NCBI GenBank assembly: GCA_002269645.1 | Contig: NIVC01000725.1 | Coordinates: 90,213 to 154,212 of the forward strand | Direction: 5' to 3' | Length of the DNA stretch: 64,000 nucleotides | Source of the DNA: Macrostomum lignano | Taxonomy: Eukaryota | In this document: piece after piece, positions 26,301 through 39,200 of the stretch | Layout of the letters: each line of letters opens with the position of its first letter | How positions within the stretch are numbered: the first letter of the stretch is position 1 | Program-made: the position numbers and the translations under genes | The notes under the pieces: model-generated | Databases searched by the model: none | Told to the model about the DNA's origin: nothing | What the model saw: only the letters and a program-made list of their open reading frames with translations

Positions 26301-29300
26301 TACTTAAGGATTGTGAGGGCGATTCTGTAAGGGTTGTGAGGGAGATTCTTTAAGGGTTGTGAGGGCAATTACTTAAGGATTGTGAGGGCGATTCTGTAAG
26401 GGTTGTGAGGGAGATTCTGTAAGGGTTGTGAGGGCGATTCTGAAAGGGTTGTGAGGGCGATTCTGTAAGGGTTGTGAGGGCGGTTTTGTAAGGGTTGTGA
26501 GGGCGATTCCTTAAGGGTTTTGAGGGCGATTCCTTAAGGGTTTTGAGGGCGATTCCTTAAGGATTGTGAGGGCGATTCCTTAAGGGTTGTGAGGGCGATT
26601 CCTTAAGGGTTTTGAGGGCGATTCCTTAAGGGTTTTGAGGGCGATTCCTTAAGGGTTTTGAGGGCGATTCCTTAAGGATTGTGAGGGCGATTCCTTAAGG
26701 GTTGTGAGGGCGATTCCTTAAGGGTTTTGAGGGCGATTCCTTAAGGATTGTGAGGGCCGATCCCTAAGGATTGAGGGGCGATTAGTCAGTTTAGAGTGAT
26801 TCCTAAGCGCAGCACAGAAGAGGAGAGGAGGCCACCTAGCCCCAGCGCAATGACCCTCACCTGGATGCTGACTCGGTGTAGCGATGGCTGCCTATTAAAC
26901 AACACTGTGTCCTCATCCATGAGATGCCTTTCAACTGTGTCACCGCAGCGTAGTTCGTTAGCAATTTTTGAGCGAAATTTCTCGTTCGAAAATTCCAGCA
27001 TTCGTTTGGGAAATCGACCGTCGTGAGCTTCGACGTAGAGAGCGCCAGGGTGCTGGTGGGCACCGTTGCAGATCAGTCGGCGAAGCTGTTCAATGTTGAA
27101 GCTGGTCACCCGGCTGGGGTAGGTCAACTTTCTGGCCATGAATTCTGGGACACCGACCTGTAAATTAGGAAATTGGGATGTGCTTGATGGCTTAATTGGA
27201 AATCTCTGCTGCTCATAGGATGAGTCCAGTGTGCTCAGATGGCAGTTCTTAGATGTGTGCTCAGATGGCAGTTCTTAGATGTGTGCTCAGATGGCAGTTC
27301 TTAGGTGTGTGCTCAGATGGCAGTTCTTAGATGTGTGTTAAGATGGCAGTTCTTAGATGTGTGCTCAGATGGCAGTTCTTAGGTGTGTGCTCAGATGGCA
27401 GTTCTTAGATGTGTGCTCAGATGGCAGTTCTTAGATGTGTGCTCAGATGGCAGTTCTTAGATGTGTGCTCAGATTGCAGTTCTTAGGTGTGTGCTCAGAT
27501 GGCAGTTCTTAGATGTGTGCTCAGATTGCAGTTCTTAGATGTGTGCTCAGATGGCAGTTCTTAGATGTGTGCTCAGATTGCAGTTCTTAGATGTGTGCTC
27601 AGATTGCAGTTCTTAGATGTGTGCTCAGATGGCAGTTCTTAGATGTGTGCTCAGATGGCAATTCTTAGATGTGTGCTCAGATGGCAGTTCTTAGGTGTGT
27701 TAAGATGGCAGTTCTTAGGTGTGTTAAGATGGCAGTTCTTAGATGTGTGCTCAGATGGCAGTTCTTAGATGTGTGCTCAGATTGCTCAGATTCAGTTTAA
27801 TTTTCAAACAAAAATTGGATAGAGTGCTTTAGAAGGAGTGCTTAGTCGGGATATTCTCAGAATACTTAGTATCTAAGCTCCCGGGGTAATATACCTGAAT
27901 ATACAGATTGTCTATCAAAAAATAGACAAGCGCAACACCCACCTGATCGATACGCAGATTAGGATCTGGGCTGATAACGGTTCTAGCAGTGAAATTGGCT
28001 CGCTTTCCTGACAGATGACCACGGAATCGGCCCTGCTTGCCTTTCAGGCGTTGTATATAGCCGCGTACAAATGATCTGCTGCCTAATAGCTGAGTAGGTA
28101 TGCCGCTATTCTCCGAGTTGATCATCTGAGCAGTCACGTAGGTTAGAATATCCCAGGCCTGTTGCAGAGCCACCATGTCGCGATTTGATGCGGCCTGCTT
28201 GTTAAGCACGTCCCGATTTAAGAAGGCGATATCGCTCAGTTTTGCGGTGATGTCGTCTTCTGTGGTACCGGCTCTCACCTGGTTTATTGGGCAGGTGGTG
28301 GGGCGATTCTTCATCGCATGGAATGGCGATTCTTCATTATATGGGAGGACGATTCTTCGTGGTATGGAAAGGCGATTCTTCATGGCAAGGAAGGGCGATT
28401 CTTCATGGCATGGAAAGGCGATTCTTTATGGTATGGAAAGGCGATTCTTCATGGTATGGAAAGGCGATTCTTCATGGTATGGAAAGGCGATTCTTCATGG
28501 TATGGAAAGGCGATTCTTCATGGTATGGAAGGGCGATTCTTCGTGGTATGGAAGGGCGATTCTTCATGGTATGGAAGGGCGATTCTTTATGGTATGGGAG
28601 ATTCTTCATGGGATGGAAGGGCGATTCTTTATGGTATGGGAGATTGTTCATGGGATGGAAGGGCGATTCTTTATGGTATGGGAGATTCTTCATGGGATGG
28701 AAGGGCGATTCTTTATGGGATGGAAGGGCGATTCTTCATGGGATGGAAGGGCGATTCTTCATGGTATGGGAGATTGTTCATGGGATGGAAGGGCGATTCT
28801 TCATGGTATGGAAGATTGTTCATGGGTTGGAGAGCGATTCTTCATGGGATTGATCCGTTGAGTAAATGTATATTATAATTTATTTCAGCTAAGTGTCGTG
28901 TACCCTGCCAGAAATGTTTACCTCTGACACTACCGACGGCCGTAAAGCATTAGGCGGCACTGGCACTCTAGTCAGGATCAGGTCGCGGGGATGGGCCCGA
29001 TCGCTATGCATACATAGCAGCGGTATGTCTTCCAATGGAATAGCATTAAGCAGCTGCAACACCTGCAGAGCGCGCAAAGGTTCAATACCTTTGTCAACCA
29101 GCGGCTTGAGCTCTGGCATCTTCTCAATCATATAGGCGAACTGTTCGATGTGTTTAGCCAAAGCATCGCCTTTAGAGAATCGGAATTTGTCGTGCAAAAC
29201 GTAAGCTAATCCGCCTTTCTTTACAAATCCATTGACAGCGTTGCAGTGCGGACAATTGTGCACAGATTTAGCTAAGCTGTGTATCTTTTTACGCAGAGCT

Positions 29301-29713
29301 TTCTTAGCCAGGTAAGACAGATTCGGCCGGCGCAATACGTTCAAGTACTGATCGCGTTTCTCGCCAGATAGCAACACCCGAGAGCAAGATTTGCAGATGC
29401 TCTGCAATATTTTCACAATGTGATTTAGGTAGCCGCAGTGGAACACCGGCAAGGCCAGGTCAACGTAACCGAAATGACCCATGCAGTCGTGAAAAGAGTC
29501 GCCGCACACGGCGCAGGATTCATTTTTTCGACAGGTGCCAAGACGAGGATCAAGGACGCCGCCATCTGCCGGCTTGCGGTTCTCTAAATTGTACATGTCT
29601 TTAGTCGTGACGCGCATGTGACTTGCAGCGCGTATCTCGTCGGCGCTGAGCACAGTGAAAGTCACGTGACTGACCTTTTTTGTCACGTTCTGATTGTAGA
29701 ATTGCTCTTTCAT
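20359..29713 (-). CDS. POLR3A: DNA-directed RNA polymerase III largest subunit RPC1, ~1359 aa, 8 exons
   Basis: Exons 29713-28922, 28278-27943, 27157-26861, 26019-25683, 24898-24378, 23921-23470, 22120-21405 and 20987-20359 total 4080 nt, all GT-AG with consistent phases. Motifs: MKEQF start, [73 protein letters not shown] (Pol III-type). Confidence 0.97.
21025..21362. repeat. (GTCT)n microsatellite, POLR3A intron 7
   Basis: Direct reading. Confidence 0.9.
22215..23300. repeat. ~1.1-kb almost pure polypurine (GA-rich) tract, POLR3A intron 6
   Basis: Direct reading. Confidence 0.95.
24021..24360. repeat. CACATACAGACACCGTAGA repeat plus (CAGA)n, POLR3A intron 5
   Basis: Direct reading. Confidence 0.9.
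24960..25672. repeat. 28-bp minisatellite family A, copy 2, POLR3A intron 4
   Basis: Unit GCAACTGAGGATCTGGGTGGCTGGCTCA. Confidence 0.95.
26115..26780. repeat. 23-bp minisatellite with GGGCGATTCT core, POLR3A intron 3
   Basis: Unit GATTGTGAGGGCGATTCTGTAAG; period 23. Confidence 0.95.
27230..27790. repeat. 26-bp minisatellite (AGATGGCAGTTCTTAGATGTGTGCTC), POLR3A intron 2
   Basis: Direct reading. Confidence 0.95.
28290..28850. repeat. 23-bp minisatellite with (G/A)GGCGATTCT core, POLR3A intron 1
   Basis: Unit GGAAGGGCGATTCTTCATGGTAT. Confidence 0.95.
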
Positions 29714-29884
29714 TTTTCTTCAGCAGTCGTTGAATTAATAAACGATTTTTAATACTACAAAACTAATCAAGAGGCATCCTAATGACTGAATGCGAAGACG
29801 GTGCTGTCTGAAAGAGGTAAAATCGCGAATAGTGCTAATAGTTAGGTCAGTTTAACCCAATTTACCTCCTAGTAAGAAAGAATA

Positions 29885-30116
29885 GATAAGAGGAAAGGAG
29901 AGAATAGAGATGAGAGAGAGAGAGAAGACGGGAGAGAATAGAGATGAGAGAGAAGACGGGAGAGAATAGAGATGAGAGAGAGAAGACGGGAGAGAATACA
30001 GATGAGAGAGAGAAGACGGGAGAGAAAAGAGATGAGAGAGAGAAGACGGGAGAGAATAGAGATGAGAGAGAAGACGGGAGAGAATAGAAATGAGAGAGAA
30101 GACGGGAGAGAATAGA

Positions 30117-30178
<62 letters not shown>

Positions 30179-30334
30179 CGGGATAGAATAGAGATGAGAG
30201 AGAAGACGGGAGAGAATAGAGATGAGAGAGAAGACGGGAGAGAATAGAGATGAGAGAGAGAAGACGGGAGAGAATAGAGATGAGAGAGAAGACGGGAGAG
30301 AATAGAAATGAGAGAGAAGACGGGAGAAAATAGA

Positions 30335-30413
<79 letters not shown>

Positions 30414-30640
30414 AGACGGGATAGAATAGAGATGAGAAAGAGAAGACGGGAGAGAATAGAGATGAGAGAGAAGACGGGAGAGAATAGAGATGAGAGAGAA
30501 GACGGGAGAGAATAGAAATGAGAGAGAAGACGGGAGAGAATAGAGATGAGAGAGAGAGAGAAGACGGGATAGAGTAGAGATGAGAAAGAGAAGACGGGAG
30601 AGAATAGAGATGAGAGAGAGAAGACGGGAGAGAATAGAGC
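29885..30640. repeat. 28-bp GA-rich minisatellite with (GA)n runs
   Basis: Unit GAGAGAATAGAGATGAGAGAGAAGACGG. Confidence 0.9.
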
Positions 30641-31394
30641 GGAGAAGGTGGAGAAAATGGAAGACAGAAGAGGGGAGACGAGAGGCGAAAATAGAAAATG
30701 AGAGGATAGAATAGAGAATAGTGTCTAAAAGCTATGGAATATCTCTAAACTATTCAACCTGTGTACAAAGAAATAAATAGATTAAAACAATTTGGTATAA
30801 ATAATTTAATTTGGTTATTTTAAAAGTACGCATTTACAACTGATAGCGCTACAATTGTACCTATAGAAAATTTCAATGATAAAGTTATAACCTAAAATGT
30901 AGAAATGATTCTACTATAAAAAGTGATTTGGCTAGCTAAATTAACACAGTAGAGAGAAGTTTAAGATCGGAACCTGCCGAACAAAAAATACACCTTAGTT
31001 TTAAAGCAATTAGTCTTTGTTCGAATGTACATTATACACAAAAACGCGCATAGCAATAAAGTTAGTTTTAATACGATTAACCAAAATCATTTTTTGTAAA
31101 GATATCTTTTAGTCGCTTCTTCCTCTGGAAAAGGAACAAAAGAAGAAATTATGGAATGTTCGGACGGAAAATTGCAGTAAAGTGAATCGAAACGGTGACC
31201 AATATGCAGGCTCTTAAGAGTAAAGTCCGCATTTTTGTCTAATTGAAAGCTGCTTGTTAGGCAGCAAAGACGTCAAAATAGACCTGCATTTGACCTGAGC
31301 AACAACTGGCTGCTGAAGAATATACTTGTTAGAGTCGCAGTTCTGTAAAACTGTGTTTAAATGAACTAATTTGTTAAACACCTCGGAAAAAGAC

Positions 31395-32408
31395 TTCTGG
31401 GAGGCTGGCCCAGCAACTGAGGATCTGGGAGGCTGGGAGGCTGGCCCAGCAACTGAGGATCTGGGAGGCTGGGAGGCTGGCCCAGCAACTGAGGATCTGG
31501 GAGGCTGGCACAGCAACTGACACTCTGGGAGGCTGGCCCTGCAACTGAGGATCTGGGAGGCTGGCCCAGCAACTAAGGATCTTGGAGGCTGGCCCAGCAA
31601 CTAAGGATCTGGGAGGCTGGCCCAGCAACTGAGGATCTGGGAGGCTGGATCAGCAACTGAGGATCTGGGAAGCTGGCCCAGCAACTAAGGATCTGGGAGG
31701 CTGGCCCAGCAACTGAGGATCTGGGAAGCTGGCCCAGCAACTGAGGATCTGGGAGGCTGGCCCAGCAACTGACACTCTGGGAGGCTGGCCCTGCAACTGA
31801 GGATCTGGGAGGCTGGCCCTGCAACTGAGGATCTGGGAGGCTGGATCAGCAACTGAGGATCTGGGAAGCTGGCCCAGCAACTAAGGATCTGGGAGGCTGG
31901 CACAGCAACTGAGGATCTGGGAGGCTGGCCCAGCAACTAAGGATCTGGGAGGCTGGCACAGCAACTGAGGATCTGGGAGGCTGGCCCAGCAACTGAGGAT
32001 CTGGGAGGCTGGCCCAGCAACTGAGGATCTGGGAGGCTGGCCCAGCAACTGAGGATCTGGGAGGCTGGCCCAGCAACTGACACTCTGGGAGGCTGGCCCT
32101 GCAACTGAGGATCTGGGAGGCTGGCCCTGCAACTGAGGATCTGGGAGGCTGGATCAGCAACTGAGGATCTGGGAAGCTGGCCCAGCAACTAAGGATCTGG
32201 GAGGCTGGCACAGCAACTGAGGATCTGGGAGGCTGGCCCAGCAACTAAGGATCTGGGAGGCTGGCACAGCAACTGAGGATCTGGGAGGCTGGCCCAGCAA
32301 CTAAGGATCTGGGAGGCTGGCCTTGCAACTAAGGATCTGGGAGGCTGGCTCAGCAACTGAGGATCTGGGAAGCTGGCTCAGCAACTGAGGATCTGTGTGG
32401 CTGGCCAG
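31395..32408. repeat. 28-bp minisatellite family A, copy 3, just downstream of the SCLT1 stop
   Basis: Direct reading. Confidence 0.95.
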
Positions 32409-32475
32409 CATATACAGTTTAAAGTTAGATCTTTAAGCCAAATACAGAACTAAAGTTAATACCGTCGCAGCCATA

Positions 32476-35400
32476 TTACTCGGCCACCACAGCCGCAGGC
32501 GGTGACTGCGGCAGGTCGCCGCCACCGCCTCCAGCGCGCCGTTGCCGCCGCTGGCCAGCAGCCGCAGCCGACACCTGCAGCCGCTCCTCCAGCCGCTTGG
32601 CCGCCCGGTCCCTCTCGCGCAGAGCCGCCTCCGTTTCCTGCAGCTGCCGCTGGCTGTGCCGAAGCGCCCCGGCCAGCTCCTCCGCCCGCCTGTTAAGCCG
32701 CTCGGACTCGACACGTCGCTCGTCGAGCGCCCGTTCGAGCTTCTCCGCGAGGCCGTGAGCTTCGTCTTTCCAACGCTGGGCAAGCCGCTGCTGACCAGCT
32801 AAGAGGTTGCGAATTCCGCTGACTGTCTGGCGGCTGGTGTCCGCCTCGGCTGTGCGGCGAATCTCCAGCTGGTTGAATCGCATCTGCCAGTCGTGCTCGG
32901 CTTGTTGAAGTTCCGCTTTTAAGCGACGCTCGGCTGCTGCGCAATCGCGTTTGGCTGCGTTGCATCTGGCGATTGGATTGGGATTGAAGTACCTGATGTA
33001 CTTTTTCTGTTCAAATACGAGTATTAAAATAGTCAACGTGTTGCTCAATATGTCGGTAAATGTGTCGCTAACCAAGTCGCTCAATATGTCAGTGAATGTG
33101 TCGCTAAACAAGTCGCTCAATATGTCAGTGAATGTGTCGCTAAACAAGTCGCTCAATATGTCAGTAAATGTGTCGCTAATCTAGTCGCTCAATATGTCGG
33201 TAAATGTGTCGTTAATCAAGTCGCTCAATATGTCGGTAAATGTGTCGCTAATCAAGTCACTTATTATGTCGGTAAATGTGTCGCTAATCAAGTCACTTAT
33301 TATGTCGGTAAATGTGTCGTTAATCAAGTCGCTTAATAAGTCGGTAACTGTGTCGCTAATCAAGTCGCTTATTATGTCGGTAAATATGTCGCTAGACATT
33401 CCACCTATTGCATCGATTAAAAAAACAATCGCTAAAACACGACATCGACTTACTTATTCTCAGCCTCCTCAGCCCTGGCCATAGCCGAGTCCCGCTCAGC
33501 AGTGCACCGTTCAAGCGAGGCGGCAACGCTAGCCGTGTGCTCCTTGGCGCTGGTCAGATCCGTAGCCAGCTGGGACCGCTCGCTGCGCCAGGCCAGCTCT
33601 TCGCGTCGGCGCTCCTGAGCCAGGCCGTCTAATCGAAGCTGGCAGGCGTCTCGTTCCCGTTCAGCGCTTAGCAATCGACGCTGAAGATCCTCCCTAGCCG
33701 AGGCGTCCTCCTTCGAGCGCAGCAAATTGTCGCGCGCCTGTCTGTCCAGTTCCGCTTCGGCTAAGCGTTTCTCTTTCACTGCGCGTTCAGTCGACGCGCG
33801 AGCTTCAGCGGCGGCGGTCTCGGCCTGGCTGAGCTGCTCAGTGAGGGATTCGATGCGAGAGTTGGCCTCCTGACGAACTGCGGACACCTCTTCGCGAGTG
33901 CGAGCTCCGGCATCGTCTACTAGCTGGTTTAGCGCGGCCTGGTTTAACAAATTTTGTATGGCGCATTATACACTACTGCCATGCTAAGTAGTTTTAAGTC
34001 GTCTAATTGAGTTGTTAATTGTTAAAATTTGAAACAAAAGCTCGAGGATTTTATAGGTAGCTTGAGGATCTTATTGGGCTTGAGGATCCTATGGGAAGCT
34101 TGAGGATCTTATGGCAAGCTGGATGATCTTATGGGAATCTTGAGGATCTCATTGGGCTTGAGGATCTTATGGGAAGCTTGAAGACCTTATTGGGCTTGAG
34201 GATATTATGGGAAGCTTGAAGACCTTATTGGGCTTGAGGATCTTATGGGAAGCTTGAAGACCTTATTGGGCTTGAGGATATTATGGGAAGCTTGAAGACC
34301 TTATTGGGCTTGAGGATCTTATGGGAAGCTTGAGGGTCTCATGGCAAGCTGGAGGATCCTATGGGAATCTTGAGTATATTATTGGGCTTGAGGATCTTAT
34401 GGAAAGCTTGAGGATATTATTGGGCTTAAGGATCCTATGGGAATCTTGAGTATATTTATTGGGCTTGAGGATCTTATGGGAAGCTTGGGGATCTTATGGG
34501 AATCTTGAGGATCTTATGGGAATCTTAAGGATCTTATTGGGCTTGAGGATCTTATGGGATGCTTGAGGATCTTATTGGGCTTGAGGATCTTATGGGATGC
34601 TTGAGGATCTTATTGGGCTTGAGGATCTTATTGGGCTTGAGGACCTTATTGGGCTTGAGGATCTTATGGGAATCTTGAGGATCTTATTGGGCTTGAGGAT
34701 CTTATTGGGCTTGAGGATCCTATGGCAAGCTGAAAGATCTTATGGGAATCTTGAGGGTCTCATGGCAAGCTGGGGGATCTTATGCAAATCTTGAGGAAGA
34801 CTAACGATCCTATGAGAAGCCTGAACATCAGCTAAGAAACCTCCCAAAAGAAGTTTTGGGCATTTAAAGAAAGGAATTCTGGAGATCTCAGAGCTTGAAG
34901 GTGCAGTCTGTCAGGAAACGTCGTCTATAAATAGCGCATAGCACTAATTAACTAGTCCAGAATATTATTACTAACTATTTTACCTGCAATCGCTCGCATT
35001 CGGCTCTGGTTGAGGCTAACTCAGTGACCACTTCGGATTTCTCGTGTACAGCGGCCTCGGCTGTTGAAACAGCGTCTCGAACCTGATTAGTGGCGTGCGA
35101 TACAAACTATATAGATAAGGACTTTCTGCACTTTCTCCACTATATAGACAGAGACAGACGGACAGACACTAAGACAGACAGACAGTATAAGACACTCAGA
35201 CAGACACAGACTCGGACAGACACACACAGACAGGCGGACAGACTGAGACAGAGACATACAGACAGGCGGTCAGACTGAGACAGACACACACAGGTGGACA
35301 GACTGGGACAGACACACACAGACAGGCGGACAGACTGAGACAGAGACATACAGACAAGCGGACAGACTGAGACAGGCACATACAGACAGGTGGACAGATT

Positions 35401-37703
35401 GAGACAGACACACACAGACAGGCGGACAGACTGAGACAGAGACATACAGACAGGCGGACAGACTGAGACAGGCACACACAGACAGGCGGACAGACTGAGA
35501 CAGACACATCAGACAGGCGGTCAGACTGAGACAGGCACACAGACAGGTGGACAGACTGAGACAGACACATACAGACAGGCGGTCAGACTGGGACAGACAC
35601 ATACAGACAGGCGGACAGACTGAGACAGGCAGACACAGACAGGCGGTCAGATTGGGACAGGCACACACAGACAGGTGGACAGGCTCAAACAGAACACGCG
35701 GAGCCAGCCGACGAGTGCCCCTACTTGCTCAGCCGCCTGAGCGGCAGCCTCTTCGGCCTCCTGCAGCCGCTCCTGCAGCTCCAGCACGCGAGTCTCCAGC
35801 GAGCGCCTCTCAGCGCCGGCCCGCTCCTGGGCAGCCGCCAGGCGCTGCTCGGCGTCCGCTAGCGATTCGCGGAGTCGACGAATCTCTCCGCCGCCGACAG
35901 CACCGTTTGTAGCCGCGCTGGCAGATTCGGCAAGCTGTTCGCGAAGCTGACGGCAGGTTCGACTGGCCTGCAATTGCGAATAAGTGGTGAAAAAAGATTA
36001 TTTTTTATTGCCTATCAACTCCATTACATCCTCATTTCAGCGGTCCAGACCTTCTAAACGTCTGGCATGCACACTCTGTGCTTTACTAATTATCCCTCAT
36101 GGAATTCCCTCTAATCAAATCGTTTTTTGTCCACAAGCCCTAGATTTCTGCTAATGGAATTTCCATGGAATTTCCACGGAATTTCCACGCGCGGAATCGA
36201 GTCCGTGATCTTCGGCACGAGAGACAGACGTCTTGGTCTAGATATGACCTAGGCCAAGAGGCGTCCCATAGTCGCTGCAGGTAACACAGGTAAAATAAGA
36301 AAGAAGTAACTCTAGACGACTCTAGAACGGCTCTAAACGACGAGATTTCACGGTCTCAAAAATGTCGTCAAAGAGTCGCCCAAGAGTCGTATCTCTAAGG
36401 CATGCCAGAGTCGCTGTAGAATCACTGAGTTGCGTCTACGAGTAAAGCGCATCTGCGTCACTTAATGAATTAGAATCGCATTTCGCTTCTATAACAACTT
36501 TATTTAGTCTACTTGAGTTAGTAGGAAGTTAAGCGCTAACACACGGCTTTTAGACGACTTTTTCACGACAGTTACGATTCTGCAGCTCACGTGATGCATT
36601 CGTGACCCAACAGTCGCCTCTCCGTCACGTTGCAGTCGTTTTGAGTCGTTAAAATGTGTCACAAGAGCCGCCCCAGAGTCGCTAGAGTCACTACTGAATA
36701 AAAACATTTCACCTGAGCAGCTTCATCCCGACTGGCAGCCAGTTCGGAGCGCAGCCTGGCAACTTCGGCTTCGAGTTCGCCAACAACAGCGGCGTGAGAC
36801 TCGACAGCTCGCTCCAGGCCGGTGCCGTTGCGCAAGGCTGCCACCTCGTCCGCGAGGCGTTCGAGCTCGGCTGAGGCCAGCCTGAGAGGCACAGTTGGGA
36901 AGAGTTTGGAGTTCATGAGGCGATTTTTAATGAAGTCATAGAGATGAGGTCAATGAGGTCAATGAGGTCAATGATCAATGAAGCCATCTGGTCAATGATC
37001 AATGAAGTCAATGAGGTCAATGATCAATGAAGCCAATAGTCAATGATCAATGAGGTCAATGATCAATGAAGCCATCTGGTCAATGATCAATGAAGTCAAT
37101 AAGGTCAATGATCAATGAAGTCAATAAGGTCAATGATCAATGAAGCCATCTGGTCAATGATCAATGAAGTCAATGAGGTCAATGATCAATGAAGTCAATA
37201 AGGTCAATGATCAATGAAGCCATCTGGTCAATGATCAATGAAGTCAATGAGGTCAATGATCAATGAAGTCAATAGTCAATTATCAATGGGGCCAATGATC
37301 AACGAGATCAATGAGGTCAATGAGGCCATAGACCCAAATTCTAACGAGGTCATAGACTTATGTTGTTAATGAGGTCATAAACCCATATTATCAATTAGGT
37401 CATTACACAATGACCCTACACTCACCTGTACAACTGCTGGCTCTGCTCCTTCTCTAGCAGAGCCTGAGCTAGTTGAGCATGCAGATTCTCCTCAACCTCG
37501 GATCTGTCAGCTAGCACCTGTCCATCAGCCGTTAGCTCTTCCAATGCCCGCCGCAGTTCAACAACTTTAGACCGTTCGCGTTCGTACTCAGCCAGTAGGG
37601 CGTCGTATTCGGTCAACAGCGGCGGCATGACTTGCCGGTGCTTGCGCAACAGCAGCTGGCTATCGCCGTCCAACGATTCGAAATAGTCGGCCATCTGTTC
37701 CAT
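32476..37703 (-). CDS. SCLT1: Sodium channel and clathrin linker 1 (SCLT1/CAP-1A) homolog, coiled-coil centriolar protein, 6 exons
   Basis: Exons 37703 (frame open to an acceptor at 37796)-37426, 36881-36713, 35967-35725, 35082-34984, 33938-33454 and 32965-32476, with consistent phases. PPLLTEYDALL, VDDAGARTREEV...VKEKRLAEAEL...LLSAERERD and IRNLLAGQQRLAQRWKDEA resemble SCLT1 segments in the same order. The start codon is uncertain. Confidence 0.8.
33035..33395. repeat. 36-bp minisatellite, SCLT1 last intron
   Basis: Unit GTCGCTCAATATGTCGGTAAATGTGTCGCTAATCAA. Confidence 0.95.
34050..34795. repeat. 18/20-bp minisatellite with TTGAGGATCTTAT core, SCLT1 intron
   Basis: Direct reading. Confidence 0.9.
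35145..35685. repeat. CAGA-derived higher-order repeat, SCLT1 intron
   Basis: Direct reading. Confidence 0.9.
36945..37330. repeat. GTCAATGATCAATGAA-based repeat, SCLT1 intron 1
   Basis: Direct reading. Confidence 0.9.
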
Positions 37704-37924
37704 ATTTTGGCGCCTGGCCAGCGCGGCATTTAATCGGCGAATCTCATCGTGGAGCTGCTGCTCCGTTGCGGCTCCGGCGCCACCGCCTCGTTCAGCCTTG
37801 ATGAAAAGTGTTTTTAAAATGAGTTTGTGATGAATGCACTGCTGAATGCGCGGCTTTGGGACTGATTGTAAACTTAATTACGAGCGCATATAGTCACACA
37901 AACTGGTGCCCGATGACACCAGTA

Positions 37925-38410
37925 GGACACTAGGACAGACAGACAGACACTAGGACAGACAGACAGACAGACACTAGGACACTAAGACAGACAGACAGAC
38001 ACTAGGACACTAAGACAGACAGACAGATACTAGGACACTAAGACAGACAGACACTAGGACACTAAGACAGACAGACAGACAGACACTAGGACACTAAGAC
38101 AGACAGACAGACACTAGGACACTAAGACAGACAGACAGACACTAGGACACTAAGACAGACAGACAGATACTAGGACACTAAGACAGACAGACACTAGGAC
38201 ACTAAGACAGACAGACAGACAGACAGGCAGGCAGACAGACAGGCAGGCAGACAGACGGACAGACAGAAAAACAGACAGACAGACAGACAGACACATAGAC
38301 AGACAGACAGACAGAAAAACAGACAGACAGACAGACAGAAAAACAGACAGACAGACAGACAGACAGACAGAAAGAAAGACAGATACAGAGACACTAAGAC
38401 AGACAGACGG
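37925..38410. repeat. (CAGA)n with CACTAGGACACTAA interruptions
   Basis: Direct reading. Confidence 0.9.
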
Positions 38411-39200
38411 AAGCATCAATCAAAAGACAGACAATGGTGGCCACATAAGTCCATACAGGCAGGTCAGTTATTTCTAAAGCAACACTGCTTAGACTACTAT
38501 AACACATACAACCTATGCTCAAACGTGATATAGTAAATAAAATAAAATAACTCAAACTGAAAACTGAAAACAGTTACGGTTCTCTTGGTGTTAATTTATA
38601 CTTCGGCCAATAGCAAAGAGGTGTTTATACTGTTTCCAAATATTTTAATTCGCCAATAAAAAGCTTGTTATCAGTTGCTACGACCCAAGCATGGCAATTA
38701 CCTTTCCCGCTACACTTTATAGTAAGCTATTAAGTATTACGTAGGGTTAAAATGAACAGACAAAAAATGGGAGCCTAAAGATCAGTACGAGATGCAGCGA
38801 GACACAGTAGAGTGTAAAGAATAAATCCCCTAGTAAAAAATCGGTTAATTATCTACTTATTACTTTGCATTTAACTTACTATAGTAGTAAATAATGAGGC
38901 TAAATGTGCAGCAATAAGATGTTAGATAGGAATATATAATAATCTAGGAAAATAACAGAACATAAGATGCGTACGAAGAGTAAAAGGGATTTTTATATAA
39001 CTTACTAAGTTAGAAAACTAAACATAAGCTAGTATGAGAGGGTTAACTTGCACACGCGTACTTTTGTTTTACTTTGTTAATCCAGTTTTGTTTATTAAGT
39101 AAGGGCGCCAATTTCGATTTAAACTAATTTCTGTTTTCATTTCTTGCTAATTGAGTAGTTCTCAGACCAAAGAAACTTTATGGATTATTATTCATATTAG

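Noticed and set aside
31214-32244. [10 protein letters not shown]-type ORFs (also 13186-13416, 54168-54958)
   Set aside because: Translations of the 28-bp array; no consistent start or unique coding sequence.
32966-33453. In-frame SDLFSDTFTDIL repeat upstream of the SCLT1 last exon
   Set aside because: Bounded by a GTAAGT donor and CAG acceptor with matching phase; it is an intronic 36-bp array.
36451-36475. GCGTCACTTAATGAATTAG as a third 28S-like fragment
   Set aside because: Only ~11 matching bases and none of the rest of the cassette.
36120-36700. GTCGC/GACGA-rich segment with internal inverted motifs in an SCLT1 intron
   Set aside because: Probably a decayed element, but termini and TSD could not be defined.
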